Origin: Eledone cirrhosa
Taxonomy: Eukaryota
Reading direction: 5' to 3'
Length of the DNA stretch: 64,000 nucleotides
NCBI GenBank assembly: GCA_964016885.1
Contig: OZ024740.1
Location: forward strand, 18,228,001 to 18,292,000
The notes under the pieces are model-generated. The model was not told the origin of the DNA, ran no database searches, and saw nothing but the letters and a program-made list of their open reading frames with translations. Numbering within the stretch: the first letter of the stretch is position 1; every line of letters begins with the position of its first letter. The translations under genes and the position numbers were made by a program. Positions 53,263-64,000 of this stretch are shown here, in pieces.

Positions 53263-53500
53263 CTCCGTGCATGTGTGTCTGTGTGTGTATATCTATGTGT
53301 ATATGTGTCTATATGTGTGTATATACATGTGTATACATATATGTGTCTCTGCATGTGTATCTGTGTGTATATGTGTGTGTATGCTGTTTATGTGTATATG
53401 TATATATGTGTGTGTGTGTGTGTGCTGTTTATATGTGTGTCTCTGTGTATGTGTATATGTGTGTCTGTGTGTGTGCATGTGCTGTTTATACACACATGCA
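53117..53500. repeat. TA/TG compound microsatellite
   Basis: Direct reading. Confidence 0.9.
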
Positions 53501-53541
53501 TGTTTATGTCCCATAATCTTTCAATTTAAAAATAGAGATCC

Positions 53542-53754
53542 TTAACCCTTTACCATTTACATTACTCTATATATACTATTATATTTTCATGGTAAAGTCT
53601 TTTTCTCACATATTGAATCTATAAGATTTTGATATTGTTTATTTTGAGAACAATACCTTAACATCAGTATGAGTGGTTAGTTACAGCTGGTTTGAACAGA
53701 ATGAGCTGAGAGAATTCTGGCTGGATATGACCGGTTTAAATGGTAAAAGGTTAA
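53542..53754. mobile_element. piggyBac-like MITE, paralog of 26643-26870
   Basis: TTAACCCTTTACCATTTA ... TAAATGGTAAAAGGTTAA. Confidence 0.85.
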
Positions 53755-53800
53755 AATTAGTTGTAGACATATAAAGATAGGTAGTGGGATTGAGTAGAGG

Positions 53801-54627
53801 GGGCATGTAGCTTAGTGGTGAGAGTGTTGGACTTACAATGTCGTGAGTCTGATTCCTGGGCTACATCTTGTGTTCTTGAGTAAAACACTTTATTTCACGT
53901 TGCTCCAGTATACTCAGCTGTAAATGAGTACCAGCAATAGCTGAGGGTTGAACCCTGTGATGGACTGGTGTCCTGTCCAGGGGTGTCTTGTACTCTCAGT
54001 TACACCACAGAAACCAGGATAAGACTGGTCTGATGAGCTTCCAGGCTCGAGACAGACTTTAATCCTGAGATGGACTGGTGTCCTGTCCAGGGGAGTAGTC
54101 TTGTACTCTCAGTTACACCACAGAAACCAGGATAAGACTGGTCTGATGAGCTTCCAGGCTCGAGACAGACTTTAATCCTGAGATGGACTGGTGTCCTGTC
54201 CAGGGGAGTAGTCATGTACTCTCAGTCACACCACAGAAACCAGGATAAGACTGGTCTGATGAGCTTCCAGGCTCGAGACGGACTTTAATCCTGAGATGGA
54301 CTGGTGTCCTGTCCAGGGGAGTAGTCATGTACTCTCAGTCACACCACAGAAACCAGGATAAGACTGGTCTGATGAGCTTCCAGGCTCGAGACAGACTTTA
54401 ATCCTGAGATGGACTGGTGTCCTGTCCAGGGGTGTCTTGTACTCTCAGTCACACCACAGAAACCAGGATAAGACTGGTCTGAAGAGCTTCCAGGCTCGAG
54501 ACAGACTTTAACCCTGAGATGGACTGGTGTCCTGTCCAGGGGTGTCTTGTACTCTCAGTTACTTAACACCACAGAAACCAGGATAAGACTGGTCTGATGA
54601 GCTTCCGATCTCAAGACAGACTTTAAA
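53801..54627 (+). mobile_element. tRNA-SINE family 2 (CORE-like) with 3' region tandemly repeated x6 (110-113 bp)
   Basis: tRNA head and CORE-like CTTGAGTAAAACACTT...CTCAGCTGTAAATGAG, then GATGGACTGG units at 53959, 54069, 54182, 54295, 54408, 54518. Confidence 0.88.
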
Positions 54628-54699
54628 CTTTTAGACTGGGATTGATATGACTAAATCCTCTGAGAGAGATGCTCCAGCATGGCAGATGTCTAATGACTG

Positions 54700-55510
54700 G
54701 TGGCAGTGTGATGGTGGTAGTGGTGTGATGGTGGTGGTGGTGGTGTGATGGTGGTAGTGGTGGTGGTTTGATGGTGGTGGTGGTGGTGTGATGATGGTGG
54801 TAGTGTGTTGGTGGTGGTGGTATGATGGTGGTGGTGGTGGTGGTGGTGTGATGGTGGTAGTAGTGTGTTGGTGGTGGTGGTGGTGGTGTGATGGTGGTAG
54901 TAGTGTGATGGTGGTGGTGGTAGTGTATTGGTGGTGGTGGTAGTGTGGTGGTGGTGGTGTAGAATGGTGAGGGTGTATATAGTGGTGACAGTGTGTAGAA
55001 TGGTGAGGGTGTATATAGTGGTGACAGGGTGTATACAGTGGTGACAGGGTGTATATAGTGGTGAGGGTGTATATAGTGGTGTGGTGTGTAGAACGGTGAG
55101 GGTGTATATAGTGGTGTGGTGTGTAGAATGGTGAGGGTGTATATAGTGGTGTGGTGTGTAGAATGGTGAGGGTGTATATAGTGGTGAGGGTGTATATAGT
55201 GGTGACAGGTGTATATAGTGGTGAGGGTGTATATAGTGGTGTGGTGTGTAGAATGGTGAGGGATTTGAATGGGAAGAGGAAATTCCTTGTAAAGAATATT
55301 TCTATGTTGTAAAGTTGAGGGACATTCTCCACTCTTTTGTTTTTATGTTTTTCTGTGATTCATTGAAACCTCAGTACATCTCCACCCCACTACCAATAAC
55401 CCCCACCCCACTACCCCCACTACCAATAACCTCCACTACCCCCACTACTAACACCTCCACCCCACTACCCCCCACTACCAATAACCTCCACTACCAAAAC
55501 CTCCCAACCC
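54700..55510. repeat. GGT-rich tract/minisatellite and opposite CAC/CCC-rich tract
   Basis: Direct reading. Confidence 0.85.
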
Positions 55511-55589
55511 ACCTACATCGTCAATGACTCACTTATTACTTTAACAGACTTTAAAAACTGGGCTCTGGGTTTGTCTTTGTGTGGAAGTG

Positions 55590-57065
55590 TACATTGGATG
55601 TGTGTGTACATTGGATATGTGTGTGTGTGTACAGATGTTTAGATGTGTGTGTGTACAGATGTTTAGATGTGTGTGTGTGTACAGATGTTTAGATATGTGT
55701 GTGTGTGTACAGATGTTTAGATGTGTGTGTGTGTACAGATGTTTAGATATGTGTGTGTGTACAGATGTTTAGGTGTATGTGTGTGTACAGATGTTTAGAT
55801 ATGTGTGTGTATGTACAGATGTTTAGATGTGTGTGTGTGTACAGATGTTTAGACGTGTCTGTGTGTGTACAGATGTTTAGATGTGTGTGTGTACAGATGT
55901 TTAGATGTGTGTGTGTACAGATGTTTAGATGTGTGTGTGTGTACAGATGTTTAGATATGTGTGTGTGTGTACAGATGTTTAGATGTGTGTGTGTGTACAG
56001 ATGTTTAGATATGTGTGTGTGTGTACAGATGTTTAGGTGTGTGTGTGTGTACAGATGTTTAGATGTGTGTGTGTACAGATGTTTAGATATGTGTGTGTGT
56101 GTACAGATGTTTAGATGTGTGTGTGTGTACAGATGTTTAGATGTATGTATGTATGTGTATGTACAGAGGTTTAAATGTATGTATGTATGTGTACAGAGGT
56201 TTAGATGTATGTATGTAGGTGTACAGAGGTTTAGATGTATGTATGTATGTGTACAGGGGTTTAGATGTATGTATGTATGTGTACAGAGGTTTAAATGTAT
56301 GTATGTAGGTGTACAGAGGTTTAAATGTATGTATGTAGGTGTACAGAGTTTTAGATGTATGTATGTATGTGCACAGGGGTTTAAATGTATGTATGTGTAC
56401 AGAGGTTTAGATGTATGTATGTATGTGTACAGGGGTTTAGATGTATGTATGTAGGTGTACAGAGGTTTAAATGTATGTATGTAGGTGTACAGAGGTTTAG
56501 ATGTATGTATGTATGTGTACAGGAGTTTAGATGTATGTATGTATGTGTACAGAGGTTTAGATGTATGTATGTGTATGTACAGAGGTTTAGATGTATGTAT
56601 GTAGGTATACAGAGGTTTAGATGTATGTATGTATGTATACAGAGGTTTAGATGTATGTATGTGTACAGAGGTTTAGATGTATGTATGTAGGTGTACAGAG
56701 GTTTAGATGTATGTATGTATACAGAGGTTTAGATGTATGTATGTAGGTGTACAGAGGTTTAAATGTATGTATGTGTGTGTACAGAGGTTTAGATGTATGT
56801 ATGTGTATGTACAGAGGTTTAGATGTATGTATGTATGTGTACAGAGGTTTAGATGTATGTATGTAGGTGTACAGAGGTTTAGATGTATGTATGTATGTGT
56901 ACAGAGTTTTAGATGTATGTATGTGTACAGAGGTTTAAATGTATGTATGTGTACAGAGGTTTAAATGTATGTATGTAGGTGTACAGAGGTTTAAATGTAT
57001 GTAGGTGTACAGAGGTTTAAATGTATGTATGTAGGTGTACAGAAGTTTAAATGTATGTATGTAGG
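55590..57065. repeat. ~24-34-bp minisatellite with embedded GT/GTAT microsatellite
   Basis: GTACAGATGTTTAGAT(GT)n switching to GTACAGAGGTTTAGAT(GTAT)n near 56150. Confidence 0.93.
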
Positions 57066-57232
57066 TTCACTCAAGTTGAGAATCAGTTGGGTGAAACAGG
57101 CGTCCCTGATTATGGTTTGCTAATTTGTTGAGGAACTAACCCTATACTGAACTTGTTCTCTGGACTAAGTGCTCTACTAAGGAAATAACTTCCCAGTTTT
57201 TTACAACTATATATATATATATATATATACCC

Positions 57233-57355
57233 CAAGTTTAATATAGAAATAGCTTCTACAAGACTAGAACTCTTTCATTCAAAAGGGCTTTCCTGATGAT
57301 TTCTTTTGAATGAAACAGTTCTAGTCCTGTAGAAGCTATTTCTATATTAAACTTG
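57233..57355. repeat. Inverted repeat, 53-bp arms (2 mismatches), 17-nt loop
   Basis: 57233-57285 pairs with 57303-57355. Confidence 0.93.
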
Positions 57356-57594
57356 ATGTTTAATACAAATAGTGTGTATGAGTCCTGGGTTGAATAATTG
57401 GGTGTATATAGAAAAAGGATTGTAAGGTATATGGCAGAGTAGACATGTGTATGTGTACTTAAAATTAAGAATGTGTGTGGAGTGTGTATATATTGTGTTT
57501 AATTATAACTTTATTTTAAAATATGTACAATAAAATAAATATGAAACTACAAATAAAGACCACATAATTTAAAACAACATGTTTCTAATATTTG

Positions 57595-58080
57595 GCTCCG
57601 CATCTGGTCATTCTTATTGCTCCACACCTGGTCATTCTTATTGCTCCACACACCTGGTCATTCTTATTGTTTTCCACACCTGGTCATTCTTATTGCTCCA
57701 CACACCTGGTCATTCTTATTGTTTTCCACACCTGGTCATTCTTATTGCTCCACACACCTGGTCATTCTTATTGTTTTCCACACCTGGTCATTCTTATTGC
57801 TCCACACACCTGGTCATTCTTATTGTTTTCCACACCTGGTCATTCTTATTGCTCCACACACCTGGTCATTCTTATTGTTTTCCACACCTGGTCATTCTTA
57901 TTGCTCCACACACCTGGTCATTCTTATTGTTTTCCACACCTGGTCATTCTTATTGCTCCACACACCTGGTCATTCTTATTGTTTTCCACACCTGGTCATT
58001 CTTATTGCTCCACACACCTGGTCATTCTTATTGTTTTCCACATCTGGTCATTCTTATTGTTTTCCACACCTGGTCATTCC
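57595..58080. repeat. 26-bp satellite, left arm (52-bp dimer)
   Basis: Alternating TTCTTATTGTTTTCCACACCTGGTCA / TTCTTATTGCTCCACACACCTGGTCA. Confidence 0.96.
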
Positions 58081-58326
58081 TGTAGTAAGACGCCTCACGC
58101 CTCTTGATAGAACAACCCTAGTTATCTCCCGCTGGTTGAGAACGTGAGAAATAAAACAGACAGCCACTGGAAAGCAGACTGATCACACGCCAGAAACCAG
58201 CCTCTGTACCACACCATTGTTTCTGCTACATCAAAAATAAACATATATTTCATCTCTAATTTCTGCTGTTGAAATCATTATTATGTCACTCGTGTCTCAA
58301 TAACATCTATAATCCATACTGCTAAA
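58081..58326 (+). repeat. 5' LTR
   Basis: TGTAG...GCTAAA; 245/246 identical to the 3' LTR by eye; contains AATAAA. Confidence 0.95.
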
Positions 58327-58327
58327 G

Positions 58328-58342
58328 TGGTGAGCGACGTAA
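58328..58342 (+). other. Primer-binding site, degenerate tRNA-Trp type
   Basis: TGGTGAGCGACGT directly after the LTR, compared with canonical TGGTGACCCCGACGT. Confidence 0.55.
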
Positions 58343-58470
58343 GAATTTAACGCAGCCCTTCTTTTTCATTCAGTTGAACTTTTATTGCCACGTTGCCAAC
58401 CTTTTTCGCAACTTGCGAAAATACAATATATTCCTTTCAAAATTTTTTGAAAAATTAGCAGTATTTCAAA

Positions 58471-59370
58471 ATGGCTACCGACAGGTCCTGTCTACGATCA
58501 ACAACGACAGCAGCAGTAGCGACAACATTGTTTAGCCACTGACCAAAACAGGGAATAGTGAGATGGCAGCTTCATAGCCTTACCGACGCAAACCACCACA
58601 CATCGGAAATTTCAAAACGGCTTGTAACTTTACCGACGCAACCACCATACCTTCTGTCTCGTTACCACAGGGACTCGAGAAATTGAGACAGTAGTTTTCT
58701 CACCATTAGCGGACTTCCCCCTAATCTAGCAGATTCGGTCCAAGACCTAATTACAGACCCCCCCCCCTCTGACTTAACGTATGAGTCTTTGAAGGGCGAG
58801 ATTTTGAGGAGGAATTGTAAGTCGGTAGAGAGTCGTTTTCGGTCATTGATCGAGGACGAACGATTAGGTGACAGGACCCCTACCGCTTTTCTCCGGCATT
58901 TGCGGGATTTGAGTGATTCCCAAGATCAGGATAGCCCTTTCCTGAAGCAATTGTTCTTCTCTCGCCTACCTCAAGAGGTACAGGCGATCCTAGCCCATAT
59001 GCTAGAGGTAAATACCCTCGATCACATTGCTGTCTCTGCTGACAAAATTGTAGCAGTGACGAAGAGAGACACTTCGAAGCCAAAGTATGTTGCTTCCTCT
59101 TCTCTTCCTCAATCACACTCATAAGCGTCTGATGACAAATTAATCACCACAATGGAAGCCATGACTCGTCAAATGGCGGAGTTGTGCCAGGAATTCAGGT
59201 CTTTTGGACGGAAGAGGAGCCGCTCACGACGTTATTCAACTCCTCGCCACCGTAGCCCTTCCAACACACCAGAAACACCATATTGTTATTACCATGACAG
59301 ATATGGTAAAAAAGCCGCCCGTTGTAGGCCTCCTTGTGCTTACGAGGGAAAAGACGACCAGAGTCACTAA
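58471..59370 (+). pseudogene. gag: gag (disrupted N-terminus, in-frame TAA at 59122-59124)
   Basis: ISGLPPNLADSVQDLITDPPP..YESLKGEILRR, LGDRTPTAFLRHLR, LFFSRLP, and [18 protein letters not shown] (CHCC). Confidence 0.85.
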
Positions 59371-62300
59371 CGGCGGATAGTGCGCTCTGCGAAACAACAT
59401 CTAACCGCCACTTTTTCATTGAGGACCTGCTGTCAGGTAGAGCTTTCCTGGTTGACACAGGTGCAGTTTGTTCAGTATGGCCTGTGTGTTGTATGAAGGA
59501 GACTCCCCCTGAGACACCTATTGAGTTGCAGGCAGTAAATTGTTCGCCGATTCGAACTTTCGGACAAATCTCGTTACCTTTGCAGTTTCGTAATCTGCGG
59601 CGCGAGTTTAAATGGATATTTACTGTCGCTGCCTTGCCGTATCCGATTCTAGGCGCGGATTTTCTCCACCATTTTTCATTGACGGTGGACCTCCGTCGTA
59701 AATGCCTAATTGATGGCATCACTGGATTAACTGTTGTTGGCAAGGCAGCAGGAGTTCCAACGGTTAGCCCAACCTTTTTTCTTGCTAACACCGGTGATCC
59801 TTACCATGCGTTGTTGAACTCGTTCCCGCAACTGACTCGGGGAAATTTTCGAGTTGATGAACCAACTCATACCACGGAGCACTTAATATCTACAACTGGT
59901 GCTCCTGTTTTTTCTCGTCCTCGTCGCTTGCGTCCGGACAAACTCAAAGCAGCACGATCAGAGTTTGATCATATGCTGCAAATGGGGATTATTCGTCCGT
60001 CCACGAGCCCGTGGGCGTCCCCATTACACATGGTACTGAAAGCGAATGGCGATTGGAGACCTACTGGAGATTATCGACGCCTAAATTCGATAACGGTACC
60101 GGACCGTTATCCTATCCCTCATCTGCAAGACATTGCGTCTTCGTTGCAGGGATGCAAGATATTCTCCAAACTGGATTTAATTTGTGCGTACCATCAAATT
60201 CCTGTCAATAAAAATGACATTCCAAAAACGGCTATAGTTACGCCATTTGGGTCATTCGAGCTTTTGACTATGCCGTTCGGATTAAGGAATGCCGCTAGTA
60301 CTTTTCAGCGGTTTATGGATGAGGTTACTCGTGGCCTCGATTTCGTCTATACCTATATTGACGATCTGCTCATTGCTAGTTCTTCTCAAGAGCAACATAC
60401 GCACCATTTGAATCTTCTTTTCTGCCGATTGAAGGCGTATAACGTGCAGCTTAATGCACCCAAATGTGTTTTTGGTGCTGAGTCACTGACTTTCTTGGGT
60501 CACGTCATCGTTGCTGACGGTATTCGACCCCGGCCTGAGCGAGTTAAGGTCATAGAAGATTTGCCTCCACCGACCTCACTACGTCAGTTACGCCAGTTCT
60601 TAGGTCTGATTAACTTTTATAGGCGTTTCGTGCCAAATTGTGCAAAATTGCTTTTCTCCCTGACAGAAATTTTGAAAAATTGTCGGAGGAAGAACAAAGA
60701 TATTTCTTTGACAGACACTCAACTTGCTGATTTTCAGCACGCCAAAACTGCTTTGGCTAATGCTTCGTTACTGACTCACCCGGTACCCGGTGCAAAGCTA
60801 ACGCTTTGTGTTGATGCATCGGATATCGCTGTGGGCGCAGTACTACAGCAAAACATCAATGGTTACCAGCAACCGCTGGAGTTTTTTTCCAGAAAGCTGA
60901 AACCTGCTGAGATGCGCTACAGCACCTTTGGAAGAGAGCTTTTAGCCATCTATTTGGCCGTGAAACATTTTTCACATGTGCTAGAGAGTAGACAATTTAC
61001 TATCCTCACTGACCATAAACCATTGACTTTTGCTTTGAGAGCGAAGGCTGATAAATACTCGCCCAGAGAGACGAGACACCTTGATTTCATCTCGCAATAT
61101 ACGAGTGATATCCAACACATTCCGGGTTCACTAAATACAGCGGCCGATGCTTTGTCCCGCTTACCCGTGACAGCGATCTCGTCACCCTCTGACATAGATC
61201 TGACTCGTTTGGCTGCGGATCAGCCTCCCCTTGAGTCATTGGATGTTACATCGCCTGAGTTTGCGAATTGCGAGATGAAATACTTGCCTCTGTTGACTGC
61301 AGTTGGCCAAATTCTCTGCGACGTCTCTTTGGACGTGCCTAGGCCCTTCGTTCCAGAGAATCATCGTCGGACCGTGTTTCTGGCATTACATAGTATCTCG
61401 CATCCAGGATCTTCTGCCACAGCAAAGCTCATATCAGCTAGATTTTTCTGGCCAAATATGAGGCATGAAATAGCTGCTTGGTGCCGTTCCTGCGTCGCTT
61501 GCCAGAGATCAAAGGTCCATCGACACGTCAAGGCTCCCCTGGGTACCTTTGCTAACCCAGATGCGCGTTTTTCACATATTCATATTGACATAGTGGGACC
61601 TTGGCCTGTCAGCGATGGTTTTTCTTATCTGCTGACCGTCATTGACCGTTTTTCGAGATGGCCTGAGGCCATCCCCTTGAAAAATATCACCGCGGAGACA
61701 ACAGCACGAGCCTTTTCCTCGAGCTGTCAAAATTAATTGGTGCTAAACGCATTAGAACTACGGCGTACCATCCCGCTTCGAATGGTATGGTGGAGCGTTT
61801 TCACCGACAACTGAAGGCCTCCTTAATGGCCTCAATGGACTCGGCGCATTGGAGCGAGTACCTCCCTATTGTGCTACTAGGGATTCGGTTAACGGTGAAG
61901 GTCGACTTTGGATTTTCACCGGCCGAAGTACTGTACGGTGCCCCTCTGACGTTTCCCGGGCAAATGCTTGCCCCTATCGATCTTGATGCCCAAGATCACG
62001 CTTCCTACGTGTCCCGTTTGCGCTCCTATTTCCAGGATTTGCCGCCAATGGACACTAGGAAACACTGTCAAGACTGCTGTCCCGAGGGATATTGCCTCGT
62101 GGACGCATGTCTTTGTAAGGAAAGATTCTGTGAAGCCCCCGCTCACACAGCCTTACACTGGACCTTACCGTGTCTTAGCGCGCTCGGCTAAGCATTTCAC
62201 ATTAGATATTAAGGGGTCCAGGGAGACAGTTACAATAGACAGGCTTAAGCAGGCGCACCTTGACACGGACGCTGTGGTTCCTGATCCACGAACCCCTTCG

Positions 62301-62447
62301 TATTTGCCTGTTGAGCGAACGCCTGTTCCTGAACCACCATCATCGCCTGTCCCTACACCACCACCATCGCCACGTTACAAGACCACGACCCGTTCAGGTC
62401 GTAGGGTCCACTGGCCCCCAAAATTTTGCAGCACCGTCTATATTTAG
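59334..62447 (+). pseudogene. pol: pol (protease, RT, RNase H, integrase), integrase deleted and frameshifted
   Basis: [59 protein letters not shown]; frame breaks near 61715 and 62065. Confidence 0.93.
59346..59352 (+). promoter_or_regulatory. -1 ribosomal frameshift slippery site G GGA AAA
   Basis: In gag frame just before the gag stop; pol is in the -1 frame. Confidence 0.7.
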
Positions 62448-62673
62448 ACTATGTTAGCTGCACCTTTTTTTTGGCCTCTGTGTTTCTGCTTTTTCTTTGC
62501 CTTGTTTTTTATGCATGCATGTTGTTTTTTTTTTTAACATTTTTCAAATGATTATTCTGGATTCAATTTTTGGTAGAACGAATAGCTCCCCCTTGTTCCA
62601 TTGTTCGCCATCTTACTCCACATGTGAGTAATGACATCGATTTTCGCTGATTTGAAAATCTGGCAGGGGATAC

Positions 62674-62919
62674 TGTTGTAAGACGCCTCACGCCTCTTGA
62701 TAGAACAACCCTAGTTATCTCCCGCTGGTTGAGAACGTGAGAAATAAAACAGACAGCCACTGGAAAGCAGACTGATCACACGCCAGAAACCAGCCTCTGT
62801 ACCACACCATTGTTTCTGCTACATCAAAAATAAACATATATTTCATCTCTAATTTCTGCTGTTGAAATCATTATTATGTCACTCGTGTCTCAATAACATC
62901 TATAATCCATACTGCTAAA
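62674..62919 (+). repeat. 3' LTR (preceded by PPT GGCAGGGGA)
   Basis: TGTTG...GCTAAA, direct repeat of 58081-58326. Confidence 0.95.
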
Positions 62920-64000
62920 TGCCCATTGTTTTCCACACCTGGTCACTCTTATTGTTTTCCACATCTGGTCATTCTTATTGTTTTCCACACCTGGTCACTC
63001 TTATTGTTTTCCACATCTGGTCATTCTTATTGTTTTCGACACCTGGTAATTCTTATTGTTTTCCACATCTGGTCATTCTTATTGTTTTCGACACCTGGTA
63101 ATTCTTATTGTTTTCCACATCTGGTCATTCTTATTGTTTTCCACACCTGGTCACTCTTATTGTTTTCCACACCTGGTCATTCTTATTGTTTTCCACATCT
63201 GGTCATTCTTATTGTTTTCGACACCTGGTAATTCTTATTGTTTTCCACATCTGGTCATTCTTATTGTTTTCCACACCTGGTTATTCTTATTGTTTTCCAC
63301 ACCTGGTAATTCTTATTGTTTTCCACATCTGGTCATTCTTATTGTTTTCGACACCTGGTAATTCTTATTGTTTTCCACATCTGGTCATTCTTATTGTTTT
63401 CCACACCTGGTTATTCTTATTGTTTTCCACACCTGGTAATTCTTATTGTTTTCCACACCTGGTAATTCTTATTGTTTTCCACATCTGGTCATTCTTATTG
63501 TTTTCGACACCTGGTAATTCTTATTGTTTTCCACATCTGGTCATTCTTATTGTTTTCCACACCTGGTTATTCTTATTGTTTTCCACACCTGGTAATTCTT
63601 ATTGTTTTCCACATCTGGTCATTCTTATTGTTTTCCACATCTGGTCATTCTTATTGTTTTCGACACCTGGTAATTCTTATTGTTTTCCACATCTGGTCAT
63701 TCTTATTGTTTTCCACACCTGGTCACTCTTATTGTTTTCCACACCTGGTCATTCTTATTGTTTTCCACATCTGGTCATTCTTATTGTTTTCGACACCTGG
63801 TAATTCTTATTGTTTTCCACATCTGGTCATTCTTATTGTTTTCCACACCTGGTTATTCTTATTGTTTTCCACACCTGGTAATTCTTATTGTTTTCCACAT
63901 CTGGTCATTCTTATTGTTTTCGACACCTGGTAATTCTTATTGTTTTCCACATCTGGTCATTCTTATTGTTTTCCACACCTGGTTATTCTTATTGTTTTCC
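62920..64000. repeat. 26-bp satellite, right arm (runs off window end)
   Basis: TTCTTATTGTTTTCCACAYCTGGTCA with CGACAC/GGTAA/GGTTA variants. Confidence 0.96.

Larger units (their letters stand above)
58081..62919 (+). mobile_element. Ty3/Gypsy LTR retrotransposon, CsRn1 lineage, defective
   Basis: 246-bp LTRs, tRNA-Trp-like PBS, CHCC gag knuckle, PR-RT-RH-IN order, PPT, 4-bp TSD TTCC/TGCC. Confidence 0.95.

Noticed and set aside
53801-53875. tRNA gene
   Set aside because: The tRNA-like head continues into a SINE body and lacks a complete cloverleaf; the same applies at 33214 and 28330-28402.
54010-54060. Hammerhead ribozyme in the SINE tail repeats (GAAAC..GTC, CTGATGAG)
   Set aside because: The GTC overlaps CTGATGA leaving no stem I, the downstream motif is GAGAC, and stem II cannot form properly; it is the ordinary SINE 3' stem-loop.

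Overview
This is eukaryotic, very repeat-rich animal DNA. The RTE LINE, tRNA-SINE, MITE and microsatellite repertoire suggests a cephalopod (octopus-like) genome; that is an inference. Most ORFs in the supplied track are translations of tandem repeats. The only convincing host-gene signal is a plus-strand first coding exon (5647-5817, ATG to CAG|GTATGT) downstream of a CRE/E-box cluster. No further exon was recognised, so the rest may be a very long intron. It contains many decayed RTE-clade LINE pieces (at least three families, one with a PHD finger inside the RT ORF), two tRNA-SINE types, piggyBac-, hAT- and mariner-type MITEs, and about ten minisatellite arrays. It also holds a recently inserted but internally deleted CsRn1-lineage Gypsy LTR retrotransposon (58081-62919) inside a 26-bp satellite. 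The strongest pattern is that several tandem arrays grow in place out of defined transposon parts: a SINE A-box head x17, a SINE 3' tail x6 and a MITE subterminal 25-mer x~53. Also notable are recurrent fold-back structures, including a 53-bp-arm hairpin carrying a hammerhead-like core.
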